Source: Methyloligellaceae bacterium (lineage in GTDB: Bacteria > Pseudomonadota > Alphaproteobacteria > Rhizobiales > CBDHHC01). From it: a stretch of DNA of 64,000 bases. The translations under genes were made by a program, and so were the position numbers. Below the pieces are notes generated by a model, which was not told the origin of the DNA, ran no database searches, and worked only from the letters and a program-made list of their open reading frames with translations. The stretch is taken from NCBI GenBank assembly GCA_965263345.1, contig CBDHHC010000016.1, positions 212,861-276,860 on the forward strand, read 5' to 3'. Numbering within the stretch: the first letter of the stretch is position 1; every line of letters begins with the position of its first letter. Positions 10,178 through 20,780 of the stretch are shown here, one piece after another.

Positions 10178-11287
10178 ATGAAAATGAAGATTGCAGATCT
10201 TAATCAAATAGTTTCGCATATCAAAAACCAAAATGGTTTCATTTTTGGCAACAGAGATGGCTACAAGTTCATTGATTGCACCTCAAAAGAAAAACATCAC
10301 ATTGATTATCCAATAAGACATGAATGCCGAGGAATAAAGTTCTCTCCTGAGGGCACAACAATTGCCAGACCTTTACATAAATTTTTCAAAATACAGACAA
10401 CAGATACTAAACTGGAAAATATCTTCGCGTCTCAGACACCTTATGAGGTAACTGAAAAAATATCTGGTGTTATGATTCATGGGGCCATGATCTACAATGC
10501 AATCGTTTTCATGAGCCGGCGTGGTCGAACTCAAATTGCAGTTGAAGCAGAACAATTCTTAACCGATAAAGTTGCGTCAGAGTGCAGAAATTTACTGGTT
10601 AGTGGTTATACACCTATCTTCCTTTACAGTTCACCCAAAATTAATAAAACACACACAACCAAACATTCAAAATTAACACTTATAGCCATACGTAATACTA
10701 TTGAAGGAGATTATCTAAACCTTGATGAGACCCAAAAAAATGCTGAAAAAATGAAGTTACCATCCTTGCGAAAGGTTTCTAAAAACTGGAAAAGCACCAC
10801 AGACTTCATTAGCTTCATAAAGCACCTAAAAAATAATGAGGGACTTGTCATACGTTTTAAAAATAATTTATGGCTAGAAATTCACTGCCCCAATGAGCTG
10901 GAAAAACGTTGCATAAAAAACGGGATAGAAACAGAAAAAGATATCTTATCTTTAGTTTTAAATGACAGACTAGAGTTTATACTCCCTCACCTAACAGTCT
11001 CTGAAAGAAGAGACATAGAAAAATATAAAAACGCATTTCAAAATGGCATCAGGAATGCAACACGACAAATTAATCAAATAATTGAGCGTGAAAAACATAA
11101 GAAAATCCCCCTACCTAATATGCAACGTGAAGACATTTCTCCCCTAATTAGATCATTGGCAGTTTCTATACAAACAGGACGATACAACTGTCCCAAAGAA
11201 GCCATTCACTCAGTCCTAGTAGAACAGACGAAAAATAACCTTGATATTGACACGGTCAGAGATTTATTTAATGCAAAATGGCATTAA
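10178..11287 (+). CDS. Hypothetical protein, possible Rnl2-like nucleotidyltransferase (RNA ligase) fold
   Basis: 369 aa. EKISGVM resembles ligase motif I (KIHGTN of T4 Rnl2, H->S). EGLVIRFK resembles motif IV EGxVxK. Unverified. Confidence 0.45.
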   Translation: MKMKIADLNQIVSHIKNQNGFIFGNRDGYKFIDCTSKEKHHIDYPIRHECRGIKFSPEGTTIARPLHKFFKIQTTDTKLENIFASQTPYEVTEKISGVMIHGAMIYNAIVFMSRRGRTQIAVEAEQFLTDKVASECRNLLVSGYTPIFLYSSPKINKTHTTKHSKLTLIAIRNTIEGDYLNLDETQKNAEKMKLPSLRKVSKNWKSTTDFISFIKHLKNNEGLVIRFKNNLWLEIHCPNELEKRCIKNGIETEKDILSLVLNDRLEFILPHLTVSERRDIEKYKNAFQNGIRNATRQINQIIEREKHKKIPLPNMQREDISPLIRSLAVSIQTGRYNCPKEAIHSVLVEQTKNNLDIDTVRDLFNAKWH

Positions 11288-11292
11288 AAAAA

Positions 11293-11682
11293 CCAGTTGA
11301 CCTGTAAGCCGGGTTCTGTACGAGATAAACTCGTGATGACCATTCATCTGGGACGTACATTACTGCACGCCTCAAGCAACCTACCCGAACAGCTAATCTG
11401 GGAAAAATTGAAAACAGTCTCCTGTTCTCGCGCTATTCCTATTCGGTTTTGCTCCCGGTGGGGTTTACCATGCCGTATATGTTACCAGATACGCGGTGCG
11501 CTCTTACCGCACCTTTTCACCCTTACCATCATTAAAGAATGGCGGTTTGCTTTCTGTGGCACTTTCCCTGAGGTCGCCCTCGCCGGGTGTTACCCGGCAC
11601 CGTTTTCCCATGGAGCCCGGACTTTCCTCCCCGTGGCAAATACGCGCCAATACAAATACGAAGCGGCCATCCAGTCAACTGG
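11293..11682 (-). ncRNA. rnpB: RNase P RNA, bacterial type A
   Basis: Minus strand reads ...GGAAAGUCCGGGCUCCAUGGGAAAACGGUGCCGGGUAACACCCGGCGAGGGCGACCUCAGGGAAAGUGCCACAGAAAGCAAACCGCC... and 3' ...ACAGAACCCGGCUUACAGGUCAACUGG. P1 pairs 11671-11682 with 11293-11304. Near-identical to E. coli M1 RNA conserved regions. Confidence 0.9.
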
Positions 11683-11800
11683 CATAAGAGTGACATATAA
11701 TAATTTAAGACAGATTGAAAACAAAAAAGTGAGTAAACAGACATTGTTTACTCACTTCAATAAATATTTACATAAGGCAAAGCGCCTTGATAGCAAAACT

Positions 11801-12904
11801 CTATATCTTGTTTCCAAGAATTCGTTTAGCTTTACGACAATAGCGTGCACTGATTGGATTCATGCGTTTTGCACCATGCCCAGCATTATATTTAAGCACC
11901 GTACCACAAATAGTCCCACCAGAACGCTTATAAGCACCGGCAAGATATTTCATACCATACTTAATGTTTGTGTCTGGGTTATAAAGAGCTTTTGTCGTAC
12001 CTCTAAAGCCCATCATACGAGCCGTAGCGGGTTTAATTTGCATAAGACCAATTTCACCAGCTCCTCCGCGAACACCAGCACGATAATTGCTTTCAATTCT
12101 GACGATCGCATGAGCTAAGTTAACCGGAACACCATATTTAGAAGCGTGTTTCGCTATGAGAGTTGAATAACGACTCCGGCCTTTGACCTTCGGTGTTGAC
12201 CTACGCTTGAAGTTCTTGGGTTTAGCAACCTTATATGTTTTCTTAAAGCTTTTCTTCATGTAACGCTTAGCAGTGACTTTTTCCCCAAGCGCACCTTTGC
12301 TCTGCTTCTTAACATATTTTCTTGTAATAGATGTCTTTTTATAAACCTTACGCACACGAGTTTTTTGAGCAGAACGTTTTTTATAAACTTTTGCTTTTCG
12401 TGTGACCTTAAGATTTTTGCGGGCATATCTTTTCGTAAAACGTTTCTTTTTATAAACCTTACGAACGTTATGCTTTTTCACATATCGCCTTTTTACAGAA
12501 CGTTTTGCAACATTGCGCTCTCGTAAAGAGTTTTTAGATGTCTCGTCTCGATATCTACGATACCTACGATTATCTTTTACCTTTTGACTTGAGCGACGAT
12601 CCGAAACTCGATATTTAAGTTTCCGCGTTTCTGAAACCTGAATTCTCCGTTTCCTGTAAGCTTTTCTTTTAGAAACGCTTCTTTTCAACGAACGATATGG
12701 TTTCTTTTTCTCTGCAGTTTTCTTTGTACCTGCACGCGAACGAGAAGTTTGACCTTTATCAGCCACTTTAGCTTTTACAACTTTCGGCTTGCTAACAAAA
12801 TCCTCTTCCCCAAAATTCTCTATAGATAGTGCTGAATTCGCATAGAATGCGACACCAACAATAGTAATCAAACAGCATGCAAAACTGCGCAATAATCTGC
12901 TCAT
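11801..12904 (-). CDS. Lytic transglycosylase (SLT domain) with long Lys/Arg-rich repetitive N-terminal region
   Basis: Start set at ATG 12904 (GGAGG SD 9 nt upstream). Signal/TM, ~230 aa of K/R-rich repeats (KVYKK, RKYVKK...), C-terminal SLT: ESNYRAG...GEIGLMQI...YNAGHG. Confidence 0.75.
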   Translation of the reverse strand: MSRLLRSFACCLITIVGVAFYANSALSIENFGEEDFVSKPKVVKAKVADKGQTSRSRAGTKKTAEKKKPYRSLKRSVSKRKAYRKRRIQVSETRKLKYRVSDRRSSQKVKDNRRYRRYRDETSKNSLRERNVAKRSVKRRYVKKHNVRKVYKKKRFTKRYARKNLKVTRKAKVYKKRSAQKTRVRKVYKKTSITRKYVKKQSKGALGEKVTAKRYMKKSFKKTYKVAKPKNFKRRSTPKVKGRSRYSTLIAKHASKYGVPVNLAHAIVRIESNYRAGVRGGAGEIGLMQIKPATARMMGFRGTTKALYNPDTNIKYGMKYLAGAYKRSGGTICGTVLKYNAGHGAKRMNPISARYCRKAKRILGNKI

Positions 12905-13359
12905 TATGCGTTGCCTCCAATTTACTGGATTCACGATATTCAATAATGTTATTGGAAATTGAATTGACTGGTTTGAACGAACCTTATCTGTGAACCGTTA
13001 CACTTTACTCATTAGATAAATACCTCAAAGGGCATTTTTCTAATACTCAATTGAAATTTGTATTTCACAAGTTTTAAGTCTTTGATGCTGCAAATTGCTT
13101 AGGTTTTGTATATGAAAATGACATCATAAGAGGCCTTCAAATACAAAAGTTAATTTGCAGCAAAAACGGTGCTGATCTAATAGCTTAAAGTTAAGAAAAG
13201 CAAGAGTTAAAAATCACAAATAAACACCAAAACCCGCGTCATTCCAGCGCAGTTAACTGTAATAATACGAGCTTTATCATCAAATAACAGAGAGAAAATA
13301 TAGAAATATACAGTAATTGAATGCCATTAATAACAGAGTTTTAATTGAATATAATAATT

Positions 13360-14115
13360 TCATTTATAAGCAATACTATCTTTTAACTTCTCAAGAGTTT
13401 TGACAGTCGAGATATCTGCTATTCCATCCACAACTTCCTGACGCCAATGAGATTGAAAAGCAAAAACGGCATCCTTTGTTTTCTGATCATATGTCCCAGA
13501 AGGAGTGATACCATAACCATATTCCTGCATTAGTTTTTGAAGATGAGTTATACCATCGCCTTCATCTCCTAAATCAAAACTTATACCATCACAGACAGGT
13601 TCAGCTTCCACCCAATGACCAACGCCAGCATGATAAAGCTGCTCCCAATTAAATGCCTTTCCAGGATCAATTTTACGACCAAAAGCAATATCAGAATGCC
13701 CTAAAATATTTTCAGAACGAATATTATGACGCTTGATAATATCAAGGCAAAGGCTCTCAACAGCTTTCATCTGGACATCTGGGAATTCGGGTAAGATAGG
13801 CAACATGCTCCCTAGGTTTTGAATTTCAATCCCAATCGAACATGAATTTATATCTGTTTCCCCCTTCCAATAAGACACCCCAGCATGCCAGGCACGTTTA
13901 TCTTCCGCCACCATTTGTACAAGTGAGCCATCATCATCAATCAAGTAGTGAGATGAAACTTTAGCTTCAGGGTTGCATAACCACTCAACTGCTTTCTTAC
14001 CGCAGTTCATCGCAGTGTAATGCAAAATAATATATGTCGGTTCGAGGCCTTTAAGTCGATCTTCAAAATTAGGAGAAGGAACCCACTCAACTTTTAAATG
14101 AGAGAGATTTGTCAA
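13360..14115 (-). CDS. N-acetylmuramoyl-L-alanine amidase (amidase_2/AmpD-like) with C-terminal peptidoglycan-binding domain
   Basis: IILHYTAM...HYLIDDDG...AWHAGVSYW zinc-amidase motifs. C-terminal PG_binding_1-like LQKLMQEYGYGITPSGTYDQKTKDAVFAFQ. Confidence 0.8.
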   Translation of the reverse strand: MTNLSHLKVEWVPSPNFEDRLKGLEPTYIILHYTAMNCGKKAVEWLCNPEAKVSSHYLIDDDGSLVQMVAEDKRAWHAGVSYWKGETDINSCSIGIEIQNLGSMLPILPEFPDVQMKAVESLCLDIIKRHNIRSENILGHSDIAFGRKIDPGKAFNWEQLYHAGVGHWVEAEPVCDGISFDLGDEGDGITHLQKLMQEYGYGITPSGTYDQKTKDAVFAFQSHWRQEVVDGIADISTVKTLEKLKDSIAYK

Positions 14116-14834
14116 AGACCACGATCCTTTGTGATTTCCTCATAAGCTTCATTAATTGTTGCCAATTTCTCATTGGCAATTTTAACAAACTCATTAGGAA
14201 CACCACGAGCAATAAGCTTATCAGGGTGATTTTCTGTAACCAACTTGCGATAATGTTTTTTCAAATCAGCATCTGAAATATCGGGAGCAACCTCTAACAC
14301 ATCATAAGGATTTCGTTCTTCTAATTCCACATGACGTGCAAGCGCATATTTAAATTCAACCTCACTAAAACCAAATCGACGCGAAACATCACTTAGAAAT
14401 TCTTTTTCTTTAGGATGTATAATCCCATCAGCCTTTGCGATATGAAACAGGCCTTCAATCACGTCTTTTAATAAATCTTCATCATCTTCAAAAAGCTTTG
14501 CGAGCTGATCGGCATAAGCATCATAGCCAGCGACATCTTGCTTAGCTAAATTAAACACTCTAGCAACATTTTGCATCTCACCTTCAGGAACTTTAAAAAC
14601 TTCCTTGAATGCATCAATTTCATCTGCTGTAACAATGCCATCAGCCTTGGCCATTTTCGCCCCGAGCGCAATCACCCCTATGGTAAAAGCCACCTGCTTA
14701 CTGTCTTTATTCGCGGCACCGTCTTTTTCACGGTCCACAGCAAAATGACCTGCAAGCCCACCAATCAAGGCACCTATCGGTCCACCAACTGCTAATCCAG
14801 CAGCAGCTCCAGCTATTTTACCCCAAATCGACAT
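14112..14834 (-). CDS. djlA: DjlA-type co-chaperone (TM + TerB-like + C-terminal J domain)
   Basis: N-terminal Gly-rich TM, central TerB-like region, C-terminal J domain NPYDVLEVAPDISDADLKKHYRKLVTENHPDK. 4-nt overlap with amidase gene. Confidence 0.7.
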   Translation of the reverse strand: MSIWGKIAGAAAGLAVGGPIGALIGGLAGHFAVDREKDGAANKDSKQVAFTIGVIALGAKMAKADGIVTADEIDAFKEVFKVPEGEMQNVARVFNLAKQDVAGYDAYADQLAKLFEDDEDLLKDVIEGLFHIAKADGIIHPKEKEFLSDVSRRFGFSEVEFKYALARHVELEERNPYDVLEVAPDISDADLKKHYRKLVTENHPDKLIARGVPNEFVKIANEKLATINEAYEEITKDRGL

Positions 14835-15031
14835 GATTTTCTTCGCTTTGTATTATAAACACCCATAAAAATGGTCTGCCAAGAATTTGACAAACCATAA
14901 AACCTAAAATGAGATTATGTACTAAAAAAGCTTAATTTAAGACATGTCCTAAATAAAACATAGAACAATCATTCATCCAATATCAGGAAATGATATCATG
15001 TTATTAAGGCAAAGCAACTAAGTGAGATATC

Positions 15032-15406
15032 TCAAGCAGCTTGTTTTTTAGCTTTTGGGATATCTAAACACTGTGATTTAGTAGAGCCAACAATCTCTAT
15101 TCCCTTAACACCTTTAGCAGCTGTTAGTGGCAACATAACTTCATAAGGTGTAAGACAGGGAAAATTGATGTCCTCACTGACACATCCGCGTATCATAATC
15201 TTCCAATAATCTGGCTGCCGAATATGGGAATTAGGCACGAGCTCAACCTTCATATGTGCATGAGGTTTTTGCCCTTTAACAATAACAACCCAATATCCTT
15301 TATTTATCTGTTTTAATTCGACTCTTTCAAAATCGAGTTGGCGACACAAATCGACCCCTAAAGGTGCAACATCGATCTGCTCTAGTTGTGTTTGCGAGTG
15401 TTGCAT
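15032..15406 (-). CDS. Hypothetical protein (124 aa)
   Basis: ORF only; no recognised motifs. Confidence 0.4.
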   Translation of the reverse strand: MQHSQTQLEQIDVAPLGVDLCRQLDFERVELKQINKGYWVVIVKGQKPHAHMKVELVPNSHIRQPDYWKIMIRGCVSEDINFPCLTPYEVMLPLTAAKGVKGIEIVGSTKSQCLDIPKAKKQAA

Positions 15407-15683
15407 TTTAAAAACTTTCTATATCTTTAAAATAATTTTCAACAAGTATCTTATAATCAGAATGATCAATTTCCCAATAAAAAAAATCCATATACTTAAA
15501 AAAATGAGCAATAATCCCCACAATAATTGCATTTTAATGTAATAAAGTTATTTTTCTACAACATATTGCAATGCAATAATTACCTATTCAGGAAAAAATA
15601 TATAAAAACATAGGCTTAACAACTAATCAGTCCATATAATGAATAAGTATTATTAGTACTACTCAGATCTAAAAGAAAAACCT

Positions 15684-16589
15684 ATGCGAGCAGATAAAAC
15701 AATCCCTCAATCAAGTATCTTTTACGGAAGCCTTGCGATAATCGCATTTGGCTTCACATTGCCTGTAACACGACTGGCGATACAGGAATTGGATATAATA
15801 TTTGTAGGCTTAGGGCGTGCGATTGTGGCGGCAATATTTGCTACAATAGTCATACTAATTTATTCGCCAAGACTTCCTCCAAAATCAATTTGGATCAGGT
15901 TAATTATAACCTCCCTTGGCGTGGTCATTGGCTTCCCTTTATTTGCTACGATAGCAATGAAATATGCCAATGCCTCTCATGGTGGTGTAATATTGGCCAT
16001 CCTTCCTCTTGCAACAGCCATTGCAAGTGTGCCATTTGCCAACGAACGTCCTTCCCTAGGATTTTGGATATGTGGTATATTAGGAAGCGGTATTGTGATT
16101 ATATTTGCTTTAAGCGAAAATAATTCTTCTGAAAATCAAACAATTGGATTTGGTGATCTATTCTTATTTTTGGCAGTAATCTCAGCAGCAATTGGATATG
16201 CTCAAGGCGGGGCCCTCTCAAAAACTCTTGGCGGCTGGCAAGTCATTTGCTGGGCACTGATTATAGGAGCACCGCTCCTAATACCTGTCATTTTAATCTT
16301 TTCAGAAAATGTCAATTATTCTGCTTCAATGCAAGCGTGGGGAAGTTTTGTATACTTAGCACTAATAAGTCAGTTTTTAGGTTTTTTTGCTTGGAATAAA
16401 GCTCTAGCTTCAGGCGGAATCGCTAAAATAGGACAACTCCAACTTCTGCAACCCTTTGTAACACTGTTAGCATCAGCTTACCTGATCGGAGAATTGATTT
16501 CTTACAAACAAATATTATTTGCAATGATTGTAGTGTGTATTGTTGCTATTGGACGAAATATGAATGTTGTTGTAAATAAAGATAAGTAA
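15684..16589 (+). CDS. EamA/DMT-family permease (10 TM)
   Basis: Two ~140-aa hydrophobic halves, each with 5 predicted helices. Duplicated EamA architecture. Confidence 0.75.
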   Translation: MRADKTIPQSSIFYGSLAIIAFGFTLPVTRLAIQELDIIFVGLGRAIVAAIFATIVILIYSPRLPPKSIWIRLIITSLGVVIGFPLFATIAMKYANASHGGVILAILPLATAIASVPFANERPSLGFWICGILGSGIVIIFALSENNSSENQTIGFGDLFLFLAVISAAIGYAQGGALSKTLGGWQVICWALIIGAPLLIPVILIFSENVNYSASMQAWGSFVYLALISQFLGFFAWNKALASGGIAKIGQLQLLQPFVTLLASAYLIGELISYKQILFAMIVVCIVAIGRNMNVVVNKDK

Positions 16590-16676
16590 GTGTCTAAAGA
16601 AAAGATGCTTCATCTTAATAACACATATAATAAAAAAATGAGTCTAATCATAAGCTTATAAAAAAAACAGTAAAAA

Positions 16677-16692
16677 TTAACACATCATTAAC
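16677..16692 (+). promoter_or_regulatory. Canonical CtrA box TTAA-N7-TTAAC upstream of ccrM
   Basis: ttaaCACATCAttaac, ~95 bp upstream of the ccrM start codon. Confidence 0.4.
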
Positions 16693-16771
16693 CATTAAGG
16701 CGGCAGCATGCCACAAATAAAGAGTATATATCTCTTAGATGAGATAATGTAATTAGTGCAGACTTTTTTAA

Positions 16772-17893
<1,122 letters not shown>

Positions 17894-17906
17894 AAAGGGC
17901 TAACTC

Positions 17907-19007
17907 TTAATTGCTTAAGCCGTGTGTAATAACCTTGCGCATAACACTTGGCAAAGCCTCTTCCATCACATTTGACCTTGGAACCCAGCGACACGTCTCA
18001 GGCTTTGCCCAAAGATTAAAAGATTGGTTCTCTTTGACAAACGCCCGATACACTGAGAGCTCAAGTTTAAAATGTGTGAAAGTATGCATAACCACACCAG
18101 GGACCAAGAGCCAGTCACCTCTAACAGGAGCATACCCGGCAAGCTCTTTGTCAACAGGGCCTTCCTCAGTCCAGTCCGTTGAAGGAACCTCAATCATCCC
18201 TCCTAACAAACCATGGCGTGGCCGTTGGCGCAGCAACACCATTCCATCTTCACGCATGGCAATAAATGCAATCCCCTTGCGAACAGGACGCTCTGCTTTA
18301 GGGATTCTCTTGGGAAGCTCGCCTTCAATACCTTTCGCACGTCCATAACATTTCTCATGCAAGGGGCAAATCATACAGGATGGACGTTTTGGAGAACAAA
18401 TCGTTGCCCCAAGATCCATCATAGCTTGCGCAAAATCACCCGGCCTTTCAATGGGCGTGAGAGCCTCAGCATATCTTTTAATTTCAGCTTTTGACTCTGG
18501 TAACGGATTTTCAATGGCAAACAAACGCGAAACCACCCGCTCAACATTTCCATCAACGACCGTCGCAGCTTGACCAAAGGCAATTGAAGCAATCGCAGCA
18601 GCAGTATAAGGACCAATACCTGGTAATTTAAGAAGCTCTTTTTCTTGCTTGGGGAAGGTTCCATTATAATCTTCCACAATCATGAGGGCACATGCATGTA
18701 AATTTCTGGCGCGAGAATAATACCCAAGCCCTGCCCAAGCTTTCAATACATCCTCAAGGTCCGCTTTTGCAAGATCTTCAACAGTGGGCCAGAATTCAAG
18801 AAACTTAAGGTAATAGGGTTGGACGGCTTTGACCGTAGTCTGTTGCAACATAATCTCTGACAACCAGACAGAGTAAGGATCAGCCATCTTACCTGGAGCA
18901 ACCCGCCATGGAAGGTCACGTCGTGAACTGTCATACCAGGCCAACAACTTTTGAACATAATCATTAGACTGTTGCACTTCAGACACAGATAAATTTTCAT
19001 TTAACAT
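17907..19007 (-). CDS. mutY: A/G-specific adenine DNA glycosylase
   Basis: HhH-GPD domain, 4Cys [4Fe-4S] loop (CSPKRPSCMICPLHEKC), C-terminal NUDIX-like domain. Confidence 0.85.
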   Translation of the reverse strand: MLNENLSVSEVQQSNDYVQKLLAWYDSSRRDLPWRVAPGKMADPYSVWLSEIMLQQTTVKAVQPYYLKFLEFWPTVEDLAKADLEDVLKAWAGLGYYSRARNLHACALMIVEDYNGTFPKQEKELLKLPGIGPYTAAAIASIAFGQAATVVDGNVERVVSRLFAIENPLPESKAEIKRYAEALTPIERPGDFAQAMMDLGATICSPKRPSCMICPLHEKCYGRAKGIEGELPKRIPKAERPVRKGIAFIAMREDGMVLLRQRPRHGLLGGMIEVPSTDWTEEGPVDKELAGYAPVRGDWLLVPGVVMHTFTHFKLELSVYRAFVKENQSFNLWAKPETCRWVPRSNVMEEALPSVMRKVITHGLSN

Positions 19008-19171
19008 GAAGTTGCTCCAAGTTGCTACGAATCATTTATAGATCTTAAAGCGAGATTTAAAACGAATGAAGTTTTTTTACTTCTTTATCTCAATATTCCA
19101 GACCAAAGGGCGGATATACTTAAATAAAAAGTGTATAGGGTCTGAGATTTGCGGTTTTAAGAAAGTTTTAT

Positions 19172-19807
19172 ATGGCGAATATGCGCGGGGGAACTGGGCT
19201 GAAGCGTGGAGATATATACGGGGGTAATATTTCCACGCGCCCAGCTTCAGGTATGGGAAAACAATTTACCTCATCAGCAAGAGGACCTCAAAGTTTAGGG
19301 GCTCTCTTTCCCAAATTAACAAAGAAAATTTTTGAGAAATACGGTTTCTCAATGGTGCAGCTGGTAACAAACTGGCCCGCCATTGTCGGATCTGAACTTG
19401 CTCAATCAACACGGCCAGAAAAATTAAAATGGCCTCACCGCTCTAAAGATTACATAGACGATACGACTACAGATCAGTCTCAGTTTAAAAACGAGGAAGG
19501 CGCTACTCTTTTATTAAGAGTTGAAGGGCCAAGAAGTCTAGAAATTCAATTTGCGTCCAGCCAAATAATAGAACGTATCAATACATTTTATGGCTATAAA
19601 GCAATAACCAAAATACGTATTCTCCAAGCCCCACTGCCAAAACCTCATAATCAAATATCACGTCAAAATTCAAAACCAAGACAGGCAGATCCCGAAAATC
19701 TCACGAAAAACCTCTCAAAAATTGAAGATGAAGCCCTAAGAAAGGCTTTATATAGAATGGCACAAGGGGTAAAAGCGACAAAATTTGATAAAGATCAATC
19801 AGAGTAA
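19172..19807 (+). CDS. DUF721 (DciA-like) protein
   Basis: LVTNWPAIVGSELAQSTRP...ATLLLRVEGPRSLEIQFASSQIIERINTFYGY pattern of DUF721. Divergent from mutY. Confidence 0.5.
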   Translation: MANMRGGTGLKRGDIYGGNISTRPASGMGKQFTSSARGPQSLGALFPKLTKKIFEKYGFSMVQLVTNWPAIVGSELAQSTRPEKLKWPHRSKDYIDDTTTDQSQFKNEEGATLLLRVEGPRSLEIQFASSQIIERINTFYGYKAITKIRILQAPLPKPHNQISRQNSKPRQADPENLTKNLSKIEDEALRKALYRMAQGVKATKFDKDQSE

Positions 19808-20030
19808 ATCGGTTGTCCTATTTCCCTAAAGCATTATCAACAGGATCAAAATACCTTGTATTAAAATGGAAAATTGACAAATAACGTTTTTTTTAATTGG
19901 TTTCCAGTAAGATTTGTCCTATTTACCAGCATAAATTGTTCTTTAAAGTATAGATTTTCTATTCTTTTATTCACATTTAAAAAAAATCATAGACCAAAAA
20001 GCAACCAAAGACGCAACAACATATGCTTTT

Positions 20031-20729
20031 ATGGAAGAAATCAGGAGTGTAAACGTGCCAAAATATTCAATATATAATTCAGTTTTCTCTTCCCGCCGAT
20101 CATTCATAATTGGTGGTGTTGCATCTTTAAGCTTAGCAGCTCTTGCTGGATGTGGTGAAACTGAAACAGAGAAAAAACCAAAACTGAAAAGTTCTAGTGA
20201 AAACCCAGCCTTTGAAGAAAATATTCTTGGCAACAAAGAGGCAACTGTGACACTTATTGAATATTCTTCAATGACATGCCCACACTGTGCCAATTTCCAC
20301 AAAAATGCACTACCTGAACTGAAAAAGAAATATATCGAAACCGGCAAGGTAAAATACATCATCAGAGAATTTCCACTTGATGTATACGCAACAGCGGCCT
20401 TCATGCTTGCAAGATGTGCTGGAAAAGACAAATATTTCCCGCTGGTCGAAGTACTTTATGAGCAACAATCACAGTGGGCTACTGAAAACCCAGTACCAAA
20501 ACTTTTAGAAATCTCGAAACAAGCTGGCTTTACAAAAGAAAGTTTTGAAAAATGCTTGAGCAACAAAGAGCTTGAAAAAAATATTCTAAAAGTAAGAGAA
20601 ACAGGTACTAAAGAATATGGTGTAAGCTCGACACCGACCTTCTTCATCAATGGAGAAAAATTCACCAAAGCTCATTCATTTGAAAACTTCCAACAAACAA
20701 TTGATCCACTATTAGAAACGAAAAAGTAA
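20031..20729 (+). CDS. DsbA-family thiol:disulfide oxidoreductase lipoprotein (CPHC)
   Basis: Lipobox LAALAGC, thioredoxin fold with CPHC active site. Confidence 0.75.
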   Translation: MEEIRSVNVPKYSIYNSVFSSRRSFIIGGVASLSLAALAGCGETETEKKPKLKSSSENPAFEENILGNKEATVTLIEYSSMTCPHCANFHKNALPELKKKYIETGKVKYIIREFPLDVYATAAFMLARCAGKDKYFPLVEVLYEQQSQWATENPVPKLLEISKQAGFTKESFEKCLSNKELEKNILKVRETGTKEYGVSSTPTFFINGEKFTKAHSFENFQQTIDPLLETKK

Positions 20730-20780
20730 ATCATTTTTCAATATCTCATGGGCGTTTTAAGTTTATAAGGGTAAATCCAA

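Noticed and set aside
11297-12118. 273-aa plus-strand ORF (and 11496-11687, 11532-11744)
   Set aside because: They lie on or across the RNase P RNA gene. High GC here is due to structured RNA, not coding. Translations are low-complexity.
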